46,551 nucleotides of DNA from Candidatus Fermentibacteraceae bacterium. GTDB taxonomy: Bacteria > Fermentibacterota > Fermentibacteria > Fermentibacterales > JCC-6. The notes below the pieces were generated by a model. That model was not told the DNA's origin, did no database searches, and saw only the letters and a program-made list of their open reading frames with translations. A program made the position numbers and the translations under genes. The stretch lies in NCBI GenBank assembly GCA_041686025.1, contig JAWLEP010000022.1:1-46551 (forward strand). The letters are read 5' to 3'. Below, piece by piece: positions 21,936-32,167 of this stretch (within the stretch, counting starts at the first letter, position 1; each line of letters opens with the position of its first letter).

Positions 21936-23722
21936 TGATAGAGGGAAAGATAGACAAGATCGCAGGCCCGCTTGTGGTGGCAGGCGGGATGGAGGACGCG
22001 CGGATGTACGACGTGGTCTTCGTGTCCGAAGACCGCCTGATAGGCGAGATCATCGAGCTGAAGGGCGACCGGGCCTCCATACAGGTCTACGAGGAGACCG
22101 GCGGCCTCAAGCCCGGCCAGCCGGTGTACGGCACCGGCAAGCCCCTCTCCCTGGAGCTGGGGCCCGGCCTGCTCACCGCCATCTACGACGGCATACAGAG
22201 GCCGCTGGACAAGGTGCGCGAGCAGGCGGGGGACTGGATCACCCGCGGGGTGAACATCCCCGGCCTGGACCACGAGAAGGAGTGGGAGTTCACCGCGGTC
22301 CTGGAGAAGGGCGCGGAGGTCTCCGGCGGCGAGGTGATCGGCACCGTTCCCGAGACCGAGCTCATCGAGCACAAGGTGATGGTGCCCCCCAATGTGGAGG
22401 GGAAGGTCACCTGGGTAATAGACAGCGGCAGCTACAACATCGACACCGTGGTGGCCAGGGTGGAGACCGGGGACGGCGAGGTCGAGCTGCAGATGTACCA
22501 GACCTGGCCGGTGCGACAGCCCCGCCCCCGGGCGGAGAAGCAGGCGCCGGACGAGCCCCTGGTCACGGGCCAGCGGGTGATAGACACCTTCTTCCCCGTG
22601 GGCAAGGGCGGCACCGCCTGCGTCCCCGGCCCCTTCGGCAGCGGCAAGACCGTGATCCAGCACCAGCTGGCCAAGTGGGCCGACGCCGAGATCGTGGTCT
22701 ACGTGGGCTGCGGCGAGCGGGGCAACGAGATGACCGACGTGCTGCAGGAGTTCCCCGAGCTGGAGGACCCCAAGAGCGGCCAGCCCCTGATGCTGCGCAC
22801 CGTCCTGGTGGCCAACACCTCCAACATGCCGGTGGCGGCCCGGGAGGCCAGCGTCTACACCGGCATAACCATGGGCGAGTACTTCCGGGACATGGGCTAC
22901 TCGGTGGCCCTGATGGCCGACTCCACCAGCCGGTGGGCCGAGGCCATGCGCGAGATGTCCGGCCGCCTGGAGGAGATGCCGGGGGAGGAGGGCTATCCCG
23001 CCTACCTGGGCACCCGGATCGCCGACTTCTACGAGCGGGCGGGCAAGGTGCTGTGCATAGGCGGCGACGACCGACAGGGCGCGCTGAGCGTGGTGGGGGC
23101 GGTGAGCCCCGCCGGCGGAGACCTCTCCGACCCGGTGGTGCAGGCCACCCTGCGGGTGGTGAAGGTCTTCTGGAGCCTGAAGGCCGAGCTGGCCTACCAG
23201 CGCCACTTCCCCGCCATCGACTGGCTGGACAGCTACAGCCTCTACACCGACAACCTCCAGGAGTACTACCAGGAGGAGGAGGGCGAGCAGTGGATCGCCG
23301 ACCGCGACCACGCCATCGCCCTGCTGCAGGAGGAGTCCAACCTGCAGGAGATCGCCAAGCTGGTGGGCGCTGAGTCCCTCTCCCCCGAGGACCAGCTGGT
23401 GCTGGAGACCTCCAAGTCCCTGCGGGAGGACTTCCTGCACCAGAACGCCTTCCACGAGGTGGACACCTACACCTCCATGGACAAGCAGAGGCGTATGCTG
23501 GCGGTGATAATGCGGGTCCACGAGAAGATGTCGGAAGCCGTCCGCCGGGAGGTCCCGCCGAAGAAGCTGTTCGAGATCCCGGTGCGTGAGGAGATCGCCA
23601 GGATGAGGTACACGCCGGAGGACAGCCTGGAGGAGATAGATGCCCTGGTGGAGAAGGCCGGGAAGCAGATAGAGCAGCTGGCCTCCGCCGGGGACAGCGA
23701 GAGCAGGGGGGTGGCGGGATGA
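21932..23722 (+). CDS. atpA: V/A-type ATPase catalytic subunit A
   Basis: [46 protein letters not shown]. Confidence 0.98.
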   Translation: MMIEGKIDKIAGPLVVAGGMEDARMYDVVFVSEDRLIGEIIELKGDRASIQVYEETGGLKPGQPVYGTGKPLSLELGPGLLTAIYDGIQRPLDKVREQAGDWITRGVNIPGLDHEKEWEFTAVLEKGAEVSGGEVIGTVPETELIEHKVMVPPNVEGKVTWVIDSGSYNIDTVVARVETGDGEVELQMYQTWPVRQPRPRAEKQAPDEPLVTGQRVIDTFFPVGKGGTACVPGPFGSGKTVIQHQLAKWADAEIVVYVGCGERGNEMTDVLQEFPELEDPKSGQPLMLRTVLVANTSNMPVAAREASVYTGITMGEYFRDMGYSVALMADSTSRWAEAMREMSGRLEEMPGEEGYPAYLGTRIADFYERAGKVLCIGGDDRQGALSVVGAVSPAGGDLSDPVVQATLRVVKVFWSLKAELAYQRHFPAIDWLDSYSLYTDNLQEYYQEEEGEQWIADRDHAIALLQEESNLQEIAKLVGAESLSPEDQLVLETSKSLREDFLHQNAFHEVDTYTSMDKQRRMLAVIMRVHEKMSEAVRREVPPKKLFEIPVREEIARMRYTPEDSLEEIDALVEKAGKQIEQLASAGDSESRGVAG

Positions 23723-25179
23723 TCAAGGAGTACAGGACCACCGTCGAGATATCCGGTCCCCTTATGCTGGTGGACAAGGTGGAGGACGTAGCCTACGAGG
23801 AGCTGGTGGAGATAGAGCTGGCCGACGGGGAGGTCCGCCACGGCAAGGTCCTGGAGGTGGACAGCGACACCGCGCTGGTGCAGCTGTTCGAGGGCTCCAG
23901 CGGCACCGACATAGTGCAGAGCCGGGTGCGCTTCCTGGGCAAGGGCCAGGAGCTGGGGGTCTCCGAGGAGATGCTGGGCCGGGTCTTCGACGGCCAGGGC
24001 AGGCCCCGGGCCCCCTTCGACACAGCGCCCCCCATCGTCCCCGACCGGATGATGGACATCAACGGCGCACCAATAAACCCCTACGCCCGGGACTACCCCG
24101 CGGAGTTCATACAGACCGGCCTCAGCTCCATCGACGGCATCAACACACTGGTCCGCGGCCAGAAGCTGCCGGTCTTCAGCGGCAACGGCCTTCCCCACTC
24201 CCGGGTGGCGGCCCAGATCACCAGGCAGGCCAGGGTGCTGGGCGAGGGGGAGAGCTTCGCGGTGGTGTTCGCCGCCATGGGAATAACCTTCGAGGAGGCC
24301 GACTACTTCATCCGCGACTTCCGGCGCACCGGGGCCATGGACCGGGCGGTGGTCTTTCTCAACCTGGCCAGCGACCCGGCCATCGAGAGGATCTCCACCC
24401 CCAGGATGGCCCTCACCGCCGCCGAGTACCTGGCCTACGAGAAGGACATGCAGGTGCTGGTGATCCTCACCGACATGACCAACTACTGCGACGCCCTTCG
24501 CGAGATCTCCGCCGCCCGGCGGGAGGTCCCCGGCCGGCGCGGCTACCCCGGCTACCTCTACACCGACCTCTCCACCATCTACGAGCGCGCCGGCAGGATC
24601 AAGAACCGCAAGGGCTCCATCACCCAGATCCCCATCCTGTCCATGCCCGAGGACGACAAGACCCACCCCATCCCCGACCTCACCGGCTACATCACCGAGG
24701 GGCAGCTGATACTCAGCCGCGAGCTGCACAAGAAGGGCATCTACCCGCCCATGGACGTGATGGAGTCGCTGTCGCGGCTGAAGGACAAGGGCATCGGCGA
24801 GGGCAAGACCCGGAAGGACCACTCCGCCCTATTCAACCAGCTGATGGCCGCCTACTCACGGGGCAAGGATGCCCGGGAGCTGGCGGTGATACTGGGAACC
24901 GCCGCCCTCAGCGACCTCGACCGGCAGTACATGGACTTCGCCGAGGAGTACGAGAAGCGCTACATATCCCAGGGCGAGGACGAGAACCGGAGCATCGAGG
25001 AGACGCTGGACCTGGGCTGGGAGCTTCTGAAGATGCTGCCGCGGGCCGAGATGAAGAGGGTGAGCCCGGAGATCCTGGACGAGTACTGGCCCGGGGATGA
25101 GGCCGAAGAGGTGGAGGAGGAGCTGGACGAGGCCGACGCCGAGCCGGTGGAGGAGGCCGCCGAGGAAGAGGAGGACTGA
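23719..25179 (+). CDS. atpB: V/A-type ATPase subunit B
   Basis: [41 protein letters not shown]; acidic C-terminal tail. Confidence 0.98.
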   Translation: MIKEYRTTVEISGPLMLVDKVEDVAYEELVEIELADGEVRHGKVLEVDSDTALVQLFEGSSGTDIVQSRVRFLGKGQELGVSEEMLGRVFDGQGRPRAPFDTAPPIVPDRMMDINGAPINPYARDYPAEFIQTGLSSIDGINTLVRGQKLPVFSGNGLPHSRVAAQITRQARVLGEGESFAVVFAAMGITFEEADYFIRDFRRTGAMDRAVVFLNLASDPAIERISTPRMALTAAEYLAYEKDMQVLVILTDMTNYCDALREISAARREVPGRRGYPGYLYTDLSTIYERAGRIKNRKGSITQIPILSMPEDDKTHPIPDLTGYITEGQLILSRELHKKGIYPPMDVMESLSRLKDKGIGEGKTRKDHSALFNQLMAAYSRGKDARELAVILGTAALSDLDRQYMDFAEEYEKRYISQGEDENRSIEETLDLGWELLKMLPRAEMKRVSPEILDEYWPGDEAEEVEEELDEADAEPVEEAAEEEED

Positions 25180-25835
25180 TGGCCACCCAGACCCGCGCCA
25201 CCAGGATGGAGCTGCTGCGGCTTCGCAAGAAGCTCAGCCTGGCCAGACGGGGCCACAAGCTCCTCAAGGACAAGCTGGACGAGCTGATGAGGCAGTTCAA
25301 GATCCTCATCGGCGAGTACATGGGCCAGCGGCAGGACCTGGAGGAGGAGCTCATGCGGGCCTACGGCGAGTTCCTCTTCGCCAGGGCGGGAATGGAGCGG
25401 GCTGGGATACTGGACGCCCTGCGCTACCCGGGGGCCGAGGCCCGGCTCTCCGTGTCCACCCGCCGGGTGATGAACCTCCAGCTGCCGGTGCTGGAGGTGG
25501 GTCTGGAGGGCGACGTTCGCAACTACGGCATGTTCGACACCCCCGCCGAGCTGGACGAGGCCCTGGAGGTCTACAAGGAGGTCCTTCCCCGGATCATACA
25601 GCTGGCCCAGCAGGAGAAGGCCATCAGCCTGCTGGCCGACGAGATCGACACCACCCGCCGCCGGGTGAACGCCCTGGAGTACAAGATGATCCCCGAGCAG
25701 GAGGAGGCCATCCGCTACATCCGCCTCCGCCTCGACGAGATGGAGCGGGGCAACCTTACCCGCCTGATGAAGGTCAAGGCCATGATGGAGGAGAAGCGGG
25801 AGCAGAAGCGCCGGGCCCGCGCCGAGTCCCGCTAG
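25179..25835 (+). CDS. atpD: V/A-type ATPase subunit D
   Basis: TRMELL.L...L..ARRGHKLLKDK, TTRRRVNALEY..IP. Confidence 0.96.
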   Translation: MATQTRATRMELLRLRKKLSLARRGHKLLKDKLDELMRQFKILIGEYMGQRQDLEEELMRAYGEFLFARAGMERAGILDALRYPGAEARLSVSTRRVMNLQLPVLEVGLEGDVRNYGMFDTPAELDEALEVYKEVLPRIIQLAQQEKAISLLADEIDTTRRRVNALEYKMIPEQEEAIRYIRLRLDEMERGNLTRLMKVKAMMEEKREQKRRARAESR

Positions 25836-25837
25836 CG

Positions 25838-25931
25838 GGGACGGAGTACAACTTGCACAACTTGCCGTCGGATTATAAGCCAGGAATAGTGGCGATATGG
25901 ACGCGAAGTTGTGCAAGTTGTACTCCGTCCC
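25838..25931. repeat. Perfect 26-bp inverted repeat (94-bp REPIN/MITE-like element)
   Basis: GGGACGGAGTACAACTTGCACAACTT (25838-25863) and AAGTTGTGCAAGTTGTACTCCGTCCC (25906-25931), 42-bp spacer. Confidence 0.9.
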
Positions 25932-25948
25932 TGGCGGGGGTGCTGGCG

Positions 25949-28150
25949 GTGATAGCCCTGGTGGCGGCGCAGGCCTGCTTTGCGGCGGCCGTCACCGGCG
26001 ACTCCCCCATGGCGGTGGCCGAGACCTCCCGCGGGCTGCTGCTGACCAACGGCAGCGGCTCCGGTCTGTGGCTGCATGACGGCGAAGGCACCGGATGCAT
26101 CTCCCCGGACCGCGGCAGCGGGGCGTACGCCGTGGAGCGCGACGGCGCCATCCTCTTTCGGGAGCGCCTGGAGGACTGCCACCGGCTGGTCTCCTGGGCC
26201 CCCGGAGATGGTCTGACCGAGCTCCTCCGCGCCGAGACCGTATACGGCCCCTTCCCGGCACCGGAGGGCCTCCTGGTCTGCCTGCCCCGGCGGATTCTGC
26301 TAATCGACGCCACGGGAGCGGTTCTGCGGGAGTGGGAGACCGAACCCTTCCCCTCCACCGCCTGCCTGCTGGAAGGCCGGCTTCTCTACACCACCGACGA
26401 CGGGCTGCTGCACTCGGGCCGGCATCCGGCGCCGGGGATCGACGGGCATGTACTGGCCGTGAGCGCGGTCCCGGATGCGAACCTGGCCATGGTGGAGACC
26501 GCCGGCGGCAGCCTTCTGTTCATGAACGGGGCCGGCGATATCGCATTTCGAGCGGCAAACGCCCGATTTCCCACTCCCTCCCCCGGAGGGGCGGTATGGG
26601 CCGAGCTGGAGTGCAGAGGCGCCGAGGCCATCGGCGGCAGGGTCATCCGGGCTCAGGCGGCAGAAGGCCGGCTGGACACCCTGCTGCGGGGCGTCCCAGC
26701 CGCCTCGCCCCTGATCGACGGCGACGGTCGTCTGGTCTATACCGACCTGCGCAGCGGCAGGATTTCGGGTACGGACGTGGATAGGCTCCGTCCGTCGCGA
26801 GGGACGGAGAGAACCGACGACCCGGAGGCATGGCTGGACCTGGTGCCCTACATGCATCAACGGTGGGACACCCCGGACTGGTTCGACGGCAGCTGGTCCT
26901 GCGGGCCCACCAGCTGCATGATGGCGGTCCAGTACTACAACCGGCTCACCCCGGACTCCATCTGGTGCTCCTACCCCTCCCCCGGCCACTGGAGCGAGTG
27001 GGGCGAGTACATCCCCGAGCTCTACACGTTTCTGGGCCACACCTACGACGTCTGGGGGGTGAGCCCGGGGAACGTCTGGGTACAGGGGGCCCACGGCTTC
27101 ATCTGCCGCGACGCCGGCGGCGCCTACTGGGACTACATGGTCCTCTGGATGCAGCAGCACGGCCTCTACTCCGCATGGGGCGGGACCGGCTGGGACGCCT
27201 TTACATCCGAGGTGGACCAGGGCTGGCCCATGGTGGCCAGCACCACCAGCGAGTACACCAGCGGGCACATTCTCCTCTTCAACGGCTGGTTTACCGACCA
27301 CTCCTTCGTCTGCAACGACTCCTACGGCGACCAGAACGAGCCCGGCTGGGGCGACTACTACAACGGCGAGGACGTTGTCTACGACTGGTACCCCTACGAC
27401 AACGGCCACGTGCAGATCCACGTGGCCCAGCTCTTCTACGCCCGGGACTCGGTGCTGGCCGCGGCCGACACCCTGGTGGACGACTACAGCTGGGGATTCG
27501 AGAAGCTGGGCCCCTGCCAGTACTGGCACGAGGTGGACGCCGGCTGGCACGGCAACGCCTGGTGGACCTACTCCACCGCAGCTCCCCCGGACACCTGCGT
27601 GGCGCGCTGGAACCCCCAGCTCCCCGAACCGGGAGAGTACGACGTGTACGCCTTCATCCCCTCGCAGCGGGCCACCGCTACCGGGACCTACCACCTGCAG
27701 ACCCCCTCCGGCTGGGAGGAGGCCGTCCTGGACCAGAGCCTCTACAGCGACCAGTGGGCCCATCTGGGCGCCTTCTATGTGGGAACCGAGCCCGTACTCA
27801 GGCTGGGGGACTACACCGGCACCGGCGGGGAGTACATAGCCTTCGACGCCGTCCGCTTCGACCGGCTGCAGTCCTCCGCCGAAGGGGAGGAGGCGGGGCT
27901 CGGTCCCGGCGAGCTGCGGGTCTGGCCCAGCCCCTGCAGGGGGCCGGCGGTGCAGGTGGCGCTGCCCGCGGGAATGTCGGGCGCCCGCATCTGTGTCTTC
28001 GACCTCTCCGGCAGGCTGGTGATGCAGCGGGAGGCGGCCGACGGAGGCCCCGTCGCGCTGGACGTAGCCGGGCTTGCGGCCGGTGTGTACCAGGTGCGGG
28101 GGGAGTCCGCCGGCGCAGCGGCCTCCGCCAGGCTGGTCATCCTCCGCTGA
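25949..28150 (+). CDS. Secreted multidomain C39-like cysteine peptidase with golvesin/Xly-like beta-sandwich and T9SS-CTD-like tail
   Basis: VPYMHQ...WSCGPTSCMMA...GHILL...NDSYG (Q/C/H/D); ARWNP.LP..G.Y.VY...W.HLG.F...FDAVRF; C-terminal VWPSP...VFDLSGRLV...GVY.VR. Start uncertain (GTG 25889, 25940 or 25949). Confidence 0.7.
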   Translation: MIALVAAQACFAAAVTGDSPMAVAETSRGLLLTNGSGSGLWLHDGEGTGCISPDRGSGAYAVERDGAILFRERLEDCHRLVSWAPGDGLTELLRAETVYGPFPAPEGLLVCLPRRILLIDATGAVLREWETEPFPSTACLLEGRLLYTTDDGLLHSGRHPAPGIDGHVLAVSAVPDANLAMVETAGGSLLFMNGAGDIAFRAANARFPTPSPGGAVWAELECRGAEAIGGRVIRAQAAEGRLDTLLRGVPAASPLIDGDGRLVYTDLRSGRISGTDVDRLRPSRGTERTDDPEAWLDLVPYMHQRWDTPDWFDGSWSCGPTSCMMAVQYYNRLTPDSIWCSYPSPGHWSEWGEYIPELYTFLGHTYDVWGVSPGNVWVQGAHGFICRDAGGAYWDYMVLWMQQHGLYSAWGGTGWDAFTSEVDQGWPMVASTTSEYTSGHILLFNGWFTDHSFVCNDSYGDQNEPGWGDYYNGEDVVYDWYPYDNGHVQIHVAQLFYARDSVLAAADTLVDDYSWGFEKLGPCQYWHEVDAGWHGNAWWTYSTAAPPDTCVARWNPQLPEPGEYDVYAFIPSQRATATGTYHLQTPSGWEEAVLDQSLYSDQWAHLGAFYVGTEPVLRLGDYTGTGGEYIAFDAVRFDRLQSSAEGEEAGLGPGELRVWPSPCRGPAVQVALPAGMSGARICVFDLSGRLVMQREAADGGPVALDVAGLAAGVYQVRGESAGAAASARLVILR

Positions 28151-28208
28151 CCCCTCGGCAGGGACGCGGCTGCTTGCCGGCCGGCCTCCCCGAGATTATC
28201 CTGCCCCC

Positions 28209-28703
28209 ATGAGATACGAGCAGCTCTTTGCAGAGCTTCACGATGCCGGCATTCGCTACCTCGTGGCCGGGGGGATGGCGGTGAACCTGCATGGCTACGT
28301 CCGGGCGACCCTCGACCTGGATCTGATCGTATCCTTCGGGGACCGGAACCTGTCCGCCTTCATCGGCCTCGCCGCAGGCCTCGGCCTCTCTCCCACAGCC
28401 CCGGTGGAGCTGGGGGACCTGGCAGCTCCGGACAGGCGCAGGCTGTGGTTCGAGGAGAAGGGCATGAGGGCCTTCTGCCTGCACTCCCCCGACGACCCGC
28501 TGCACAGGGTGGACGTTCTCATCGACCCCGGCATCGATTTCGAAGGCCTCTACTCCCGCCGGCTGGTCCTGGACCTTCGGGGAACCCCGCTGCCTCTGGT
28601 CTCGCTGCGCGATCTGATAGAGATGAAGGAGCGCTCGCCGAGGGCGCGGGACCGCAGCGACGCCCGGGAGCTGCGGGCTCTGGAGGATGAGCTTGAGCGC
28701 TGA
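28209..28703 (+). CDS. Nucleotidyltransferase (AbiEii/DUF6036-like)
   Basis: YLVAGGMAVNLHGYVRATLDLDL (GG...DxD), VDVL, LIEMK...R.RD..D. Confidence 0.8.
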   Translation: MRYEQLFAELHDAGIRYLVAGGMAVNLHGYVRATLDLDLIVSFGDRNLSAFIGLAAGLGLSPTAPVELGDLAAPDRRRLWFEEKGMRAFCLHSPDDPLHRVDVLIDPGIDFEGLYSRRLVLDLRGTPLPLVSLRDLIEMKERSPRARDRSDARELRALEDELER

Positions 28704-28893
28704 CCGGCCCTTTCCCCGCAGGGAGTACCTGAGGAGGTGCCTGTCGCTGTCGACGGAGGAGCGTTTCGACGCCGCCGTGGAGCTTATGGACCTGGTGCTG
28801 GAGGCCATGCCCCGGCGCACCCTGGAGCTGGCCAGAAGGCGCAGGGGAGGAGAGGAGCCTAGCCGAAGCGCTTCCGGCGCTCCTCCTCCATGA
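28687..28893 (+). CDS. Small helical protein, putative partner/antitoxin of the nucleotidyltransferase
   Basis: 68 aa overlapping the NTase stop, LSLSTEERF motif; 3' end overlaps convergent hypB. Confidence 0.5.
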   Translation: MSLSADRPFPRREYLRRCLSLSTEERFDAAVELMDLVLEAMPRRTLELARRRRGGEEPSRSASGAPPP

Positions 28894-29530
28894 GACAGAC
28901 CAGCTCCTCCACCCCGGACCCCTCCAGGGCCGAGACTCCCAGGACGGTGACGTCGGGATTGAGGCTGCGGCACTCCTCCCCGGCCCGGCGGGCGTCGAAG
29001 GGCAGCTTCTCCTCCAGGTCGGTCTTGTTTATCAGCATCAGGTCCACCTTGCTGAACAGGCCCGGGTACTTCAGCACCTTGTCGTCCCCCTCGGGCACCG
29101 ACAGCATTCCGGCGGTGAGGTGCTCGCCCAGGTAGAAGCCGCTGGGGCATATAAGGTTGCCAACGTTCTCGATCACCAGGTACCGCCAGCCGTCCCGAAA
29201 GGGCCTCATCTCCTGCAGCGCCCGGGACACACCTTCGGCATCCAGGTGGCAGGAGCCCCCCGTCTCTATCTGATGGGCGAAGGACCCTGCGGCCTCCACC
29301 CGCTCGGCGTCCCGGCGGGTCTGCACATCGCCCTCTATCACCGCCAGGCTGTCCCCCAGCCGCTCGGCCAGCCGCTCCAGGAGCGTGGTCTTTCCCGCCC
29401 CCGGAGAGCTCATGAGGTTGAGGCACAGCAGACGGGACTCCTCGAAAGCCCTGCTGTTCTCCCCGGCGATGCGGTCGTTCTTCCGCATGACGGCCGAGCG
29501 CAGCTCGACCTTCCTGCCCTTGGCTGCCAT
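28859..29530 (-). CDS. hypB: Hydrogenase nickel incorporation GTPase HypB
   Basis: NLMSSPGAGKTTLL, VIEGD, TGGSCHLDA, IENVGNLICP, EGDDK..KYP, INKTDL; start ATG 29530. Confidence 0.96.
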   Translation of the reverse strand: MAAKGRKVELRSAVMRKNDRIAGENSRAFEESRLLCLNLMSSPGAGKTTLLERLAERLGDSLAVIEGDVQTRRDAERVEAAGSFAHQIETGGSCHLDAEGVSRALQEMRPFRDGWRYLVIENVGNLICPSGFYLGEHLTAGMLSVPEGDDKVLKYPGLFSKVDLMLINKTDLEEKLPFDARRAGEECRSLNPDVTVLGVSALEGSGVEELVCLMEEERRKRFG

Positions 29531-29550
29531 CTCTCTCCCATCGCTTCTGG

Positions 29551-29895
29551 TCAGTCGGGGCTCTCCACCCTGACGTAGTCCACCACCAGGTCCCTGCCCG
29601 AGAGGACCTCCCGGGCCATGGCCCCGCACCCGGGGCAGGGGGTGTACATGTCGTCGGTCTCGAACTCGCTGCCGCACTCCCGGCACCGAAGGCGCGCCGG
29701 GGTGCGGTCAATTACGATCTTCGGGGAGCCCATGCCCGCCTCCTCCATCAGGGCGTCCAGGCAGAACTCCAGGGAGGCGGGATTGACGCAGGACAGCCGG
29801 CCCACCGTCATGCCTATCTCCATCACGGTGTCACCCTCCTCCAGGGACTGTCCGATCCGGTCGATTATGGCCTGTGAGAGGCTCAGCTCGTGCAC
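29551..29895 (-). CDS. hypA: Hydrogenase nickel metallochaperone HypA
   Basis: (M)HELSL N-terminus from GTG 29895, CRECG and CPGCG zinc sites, SGRDL. Confidence 0.95.
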   Translation of the reverse strand: MHELSLSQAIIDRIGQSLEEGDTVMEIGMTVGRLSCVNPASLEFCLDALMEEAGMGSPKIVIDRTPARLRCRECGSEFETDDMYTPCPGCGAMAREVLSGRDLVVDYVRVESPD

Positions 29896-29896
29896 G

Positions 29897-30880
29897 TCAG
29901 CAGATCCTGGGAAGGTGCTCGCCCAGGGGCATGGCCAGCAGCCGCCTGGCCCCGGCCCGGGTGTGCAGCACCACGTCTCCGGGGCCCTCAACCACCCTGC
30001 CGATCACCGCTGCGCCGCGGCAGAGGGGCTGGGAGGCCAGGACCTCCATGGCCCGTCGCTGATGGCCCTTCGGCAGCACCGCCAGAAAGCGGCCCTCGCA
30101 CGCCATCTCCAGAGGGTCGATCCCCACCAGGTCGCAGACCGCCCTGACCCCGGGCCTCACCGGAATGGCGGCCTCGTCCAGCTCGATCCTGCAGCGGCTG
30201 GCGGCGGCCACCTCGTTGAGGGTCTGGGCCAGCCCCCCCCGGGTGGGGTCGCGGAGGGTGTGTATCTCGCAGGAGCGAACAAGGGCCGCCACCGGCTCCA
30301 CCAGGGGCGCGGCGTCGCTCTTCAGGTCCGCATCCAGCCCCAGGCCCTCCCGCAGTGAGAGGATGGTGGCTCCGTGGTCGCCCACCGGTCCGCTTACCAG
30401 CACGGTGTCGCCGGGAGCGGCCAGGGCCGCCGAGATCCTCACGCCCTCCGGGACCACTCCCACCCCGGCGGTGGTGACGAAGGCCCTGTCCGCGGCCCCC
30501 CGCTCCACCACCTTGGTGTCGGCGGCCACCAGCTCGGTGCCGGCCTCCCGGCAGGCATGCCCCATGGAGTCGGCCCACCTGGCCAGGTCGTCCCCCTCCA
30601 GGCCCTCCTCCAGGACGAAGGCCGCGGCCAGGCCCGCCGGCCGCGCCCCCACCATGGCCAGGTCGTTCACCGTCCCGCAGACCGCGAGCCTGCCGATGTC
30701 TCCGCCGGGGAAGTCCTGGGGGGTGACGGTGAAGGAGTCGATGCTGAGGGCCCGGTCCCCCGCCATCCCCGAGTCCTCCCCGGCCCGGAGCTGCTCTGTC
30801 CCCAGCCTGGGCAGGAAGAGGCTCTCCACCAGCTCGGACGTCATGCTGCCTCCGGCGCCGTGACCCAGCTTGAGTATCAA
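29897..30880 (-). CDS. hypE: Carbamoyl dehydratase HypE
   Basis: LGHGAGG, FPGGDIGRLAVCGTVNDLAM, DTKVV, RDPTRGG, C-terminal PRIC; TTG start overlapping hypD stop. Confidence 0.95.
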   Translation of the reverse strand: MILKLGHGAGGSMTSELVESLFLPRLGTEQLRAGEDSGMAGDRALSIDSFTVTPQDFPGGDIGRLAVCGTVNDLAMVGARPAGLAAAFVLEEGLEGDDLARWADSMGHACREAGTELVAADTKVVERGAADRAFVTTAGVGVVPEGVRISAALAAPGDTVLVSGPVGDHGATILSLREGLGLDADLKSDAAPLVEPVAALVRSCEIHTLRDPTRGGLAQTLNEVAAASRCRIELDEAAIPVRPGVRAVCDLVGIDPLEMACEGRFLAVLPKGHQRRAMEVLASQPLCRGAAVIGRVVEGPGDVVLHTRAGARRLLAMPLGEHLPRIC

Positions 30881-31938
30881 TGCAGTCCCCTTCCCCCGTA
30901 CTTGAACCATGCCGCGCAGCTGCCCTCCGAGGACACCATGCACGGGCCCACCGGGCTGCGGGGGGTGCACGCCTCCCCGAACAGGGGACAGTCCGGCGGC
31001 TCGGCCGAACCGGTGAGCACCTCGCCGCAGAGGCAGCCGGGATCGTCCTCGGCGGGCGGAACCTCCACCGGCCACCTCCGGGCGGCGTCCATCTCGGCAA
31101 GCTCATCGGCAAGGCGGAGGCCGCTTTCGGGGATCACTCCCAGTCCCCGCCACTCGGTGTCGCACCGCACCAGCGCCCTGTCCATCATCCGGCGGGCGGC
31201 GGGGTTGCCCCCGGCGGATGCCGCGGGGTAGGCGGACTCCGCTCCCGGCTCCTCCTTCACCAGCATCTGCAGTATCCGCTCCAGGGCCCTGACGATCTCG
31301 GGGGGCTCGAACCCCCCCACCACGCAGGGGACGCCGTACTGCTGCGAGATGCGGCGGAAGGGCGCCAGGCCCGTTATCACCGCCACGTGGCCGGGGCAGA
31401 GGAAGGCGTCCACCCGGGTTCCGGGAGCCTCCAGGACCGCCTCCATGGCCGGGGGGATCAGCTTCATGGCGCAGAGGGCCGTCAGATCGACCCCCTGCTC
31501 GCGGGCCTGCAGCAGCGCGGCGGCAATGGTAGGGGCGGTGGTCTCGAAGCCCACCGCCAGGAAGGCCGACGGCCCGCCCCGGGCCGAGGCCAGCCTCAGG
31601 GCGTCCTCGGGGGAGGCCACCACGTCTACGTCCGCCCCCCCCGCCCGGGCGTCGGCCAGGGAATCTCTCGAGCCGGGGACCTTCAGCAGGTCGCCGAAGG
31701 TGTAGAGCCGGACCCCGTGCCGGAAGGCCATGGCCATGGCCCGGTCGATGTAGCCGGTGGGGGTGACGCACACCGGACAGCCGGGGCCGGAGAGCAGCCG
31801 CACCTCCGGGGGCAGCAGCCGGTCCAGGCCGCTGCGGTGGATGGATACGGTGTGGGTGCCGCAGACCTCCATGACGGTAACCGGACGGCCCAGCTCGGCG
31901 GAGAGCTCTCCCGTCCTGCCCGGGGGGTCAGAGCCCAT
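30877..31938 (-). CDS. hypD: Hydrogenase maturation protein HypD
   Basis: MEVCGTHT, GPGCPVCVTP, GFETTAP, PGHV, GPCMVSSEGSCAA. Confidence 0.97.
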   Translation of the reverse strand: MGSDPPGRTGELSAELGRPVTVMEVCGTHTVSIHRSGLDRLLPPEVRLLSGPGCPVCVTPTGYIDRAMAMAFRHGVRLYTFGDLLKVPGSRDSLADARAGGADVDVVASPEDALRLASARGGPSAFLAVGFETTAPTIAAALLQAREQGVDLTALCAMKLIPPAMEAVLEAPGTRVDAFLCPGHVAVITGLAPFRRISQQYGVPCVVGGFEPPEIVRALERILQMLVKEEPGAESAYPAASAGGNPAARRMMDRALVRCDTEWRGLGVIPESGLRLADELAEMDAARRWPVEVPPAEDDPGCLCGEVLTGSAEPPDCPLFGEACTPRSPVGPCMVSSEGSCAAWFKYGGRGLH

Positions 31939-32146
31939 CGGCCATCTCCCGCAGGTACGAGAGCGTCTCCAGGGCCTCCTCCTCGGGCAGCACGGTGATG
32001 GCGTATCCGGCGTGAATCAGGGCGTAGTCCCCCACCGAGGCGCCCTCCACCAGGTCCATGCGGACCCGCTTGCGGACCCCCGGGAGCTCCACGATGGCCT
32101 CGGGGCCGTCCATCTCCACAATCCTCATGGGCACGGCGAGGCACAT
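31928..32146 (-). CDS. hypC: Hydrogenase chaperone HypC
   Basis: MCLAVP N-terminus, VGDYALIHAGYAI. Confidence 0.97.
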   Translation of the reverse strand: MCLAVPMRIVEMDGPEAIVELPGVRKRVRMDLVEGASVGDYALIHAGYAITVLPEEEALETLSYLREMADGL

Positions 32147-32167
32147 CTCAGACCGCTCCCTTCCCGT

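Noticed and set aside
25090..25179. Acidic low-complexity tail of ATPase subunit B as a repeat element
   Set aside because: Simple Glu/Asp/Ala-rich protein tail with no discrete DNA repeat unit
25097..25948. N-terminal extension making the peptidase a 1017-aa protein
   Set aside because: Overlaps atpB/atpD in another frame and runs through the inverted repeat; the signal-peptide-like segment starts near 25940-25949
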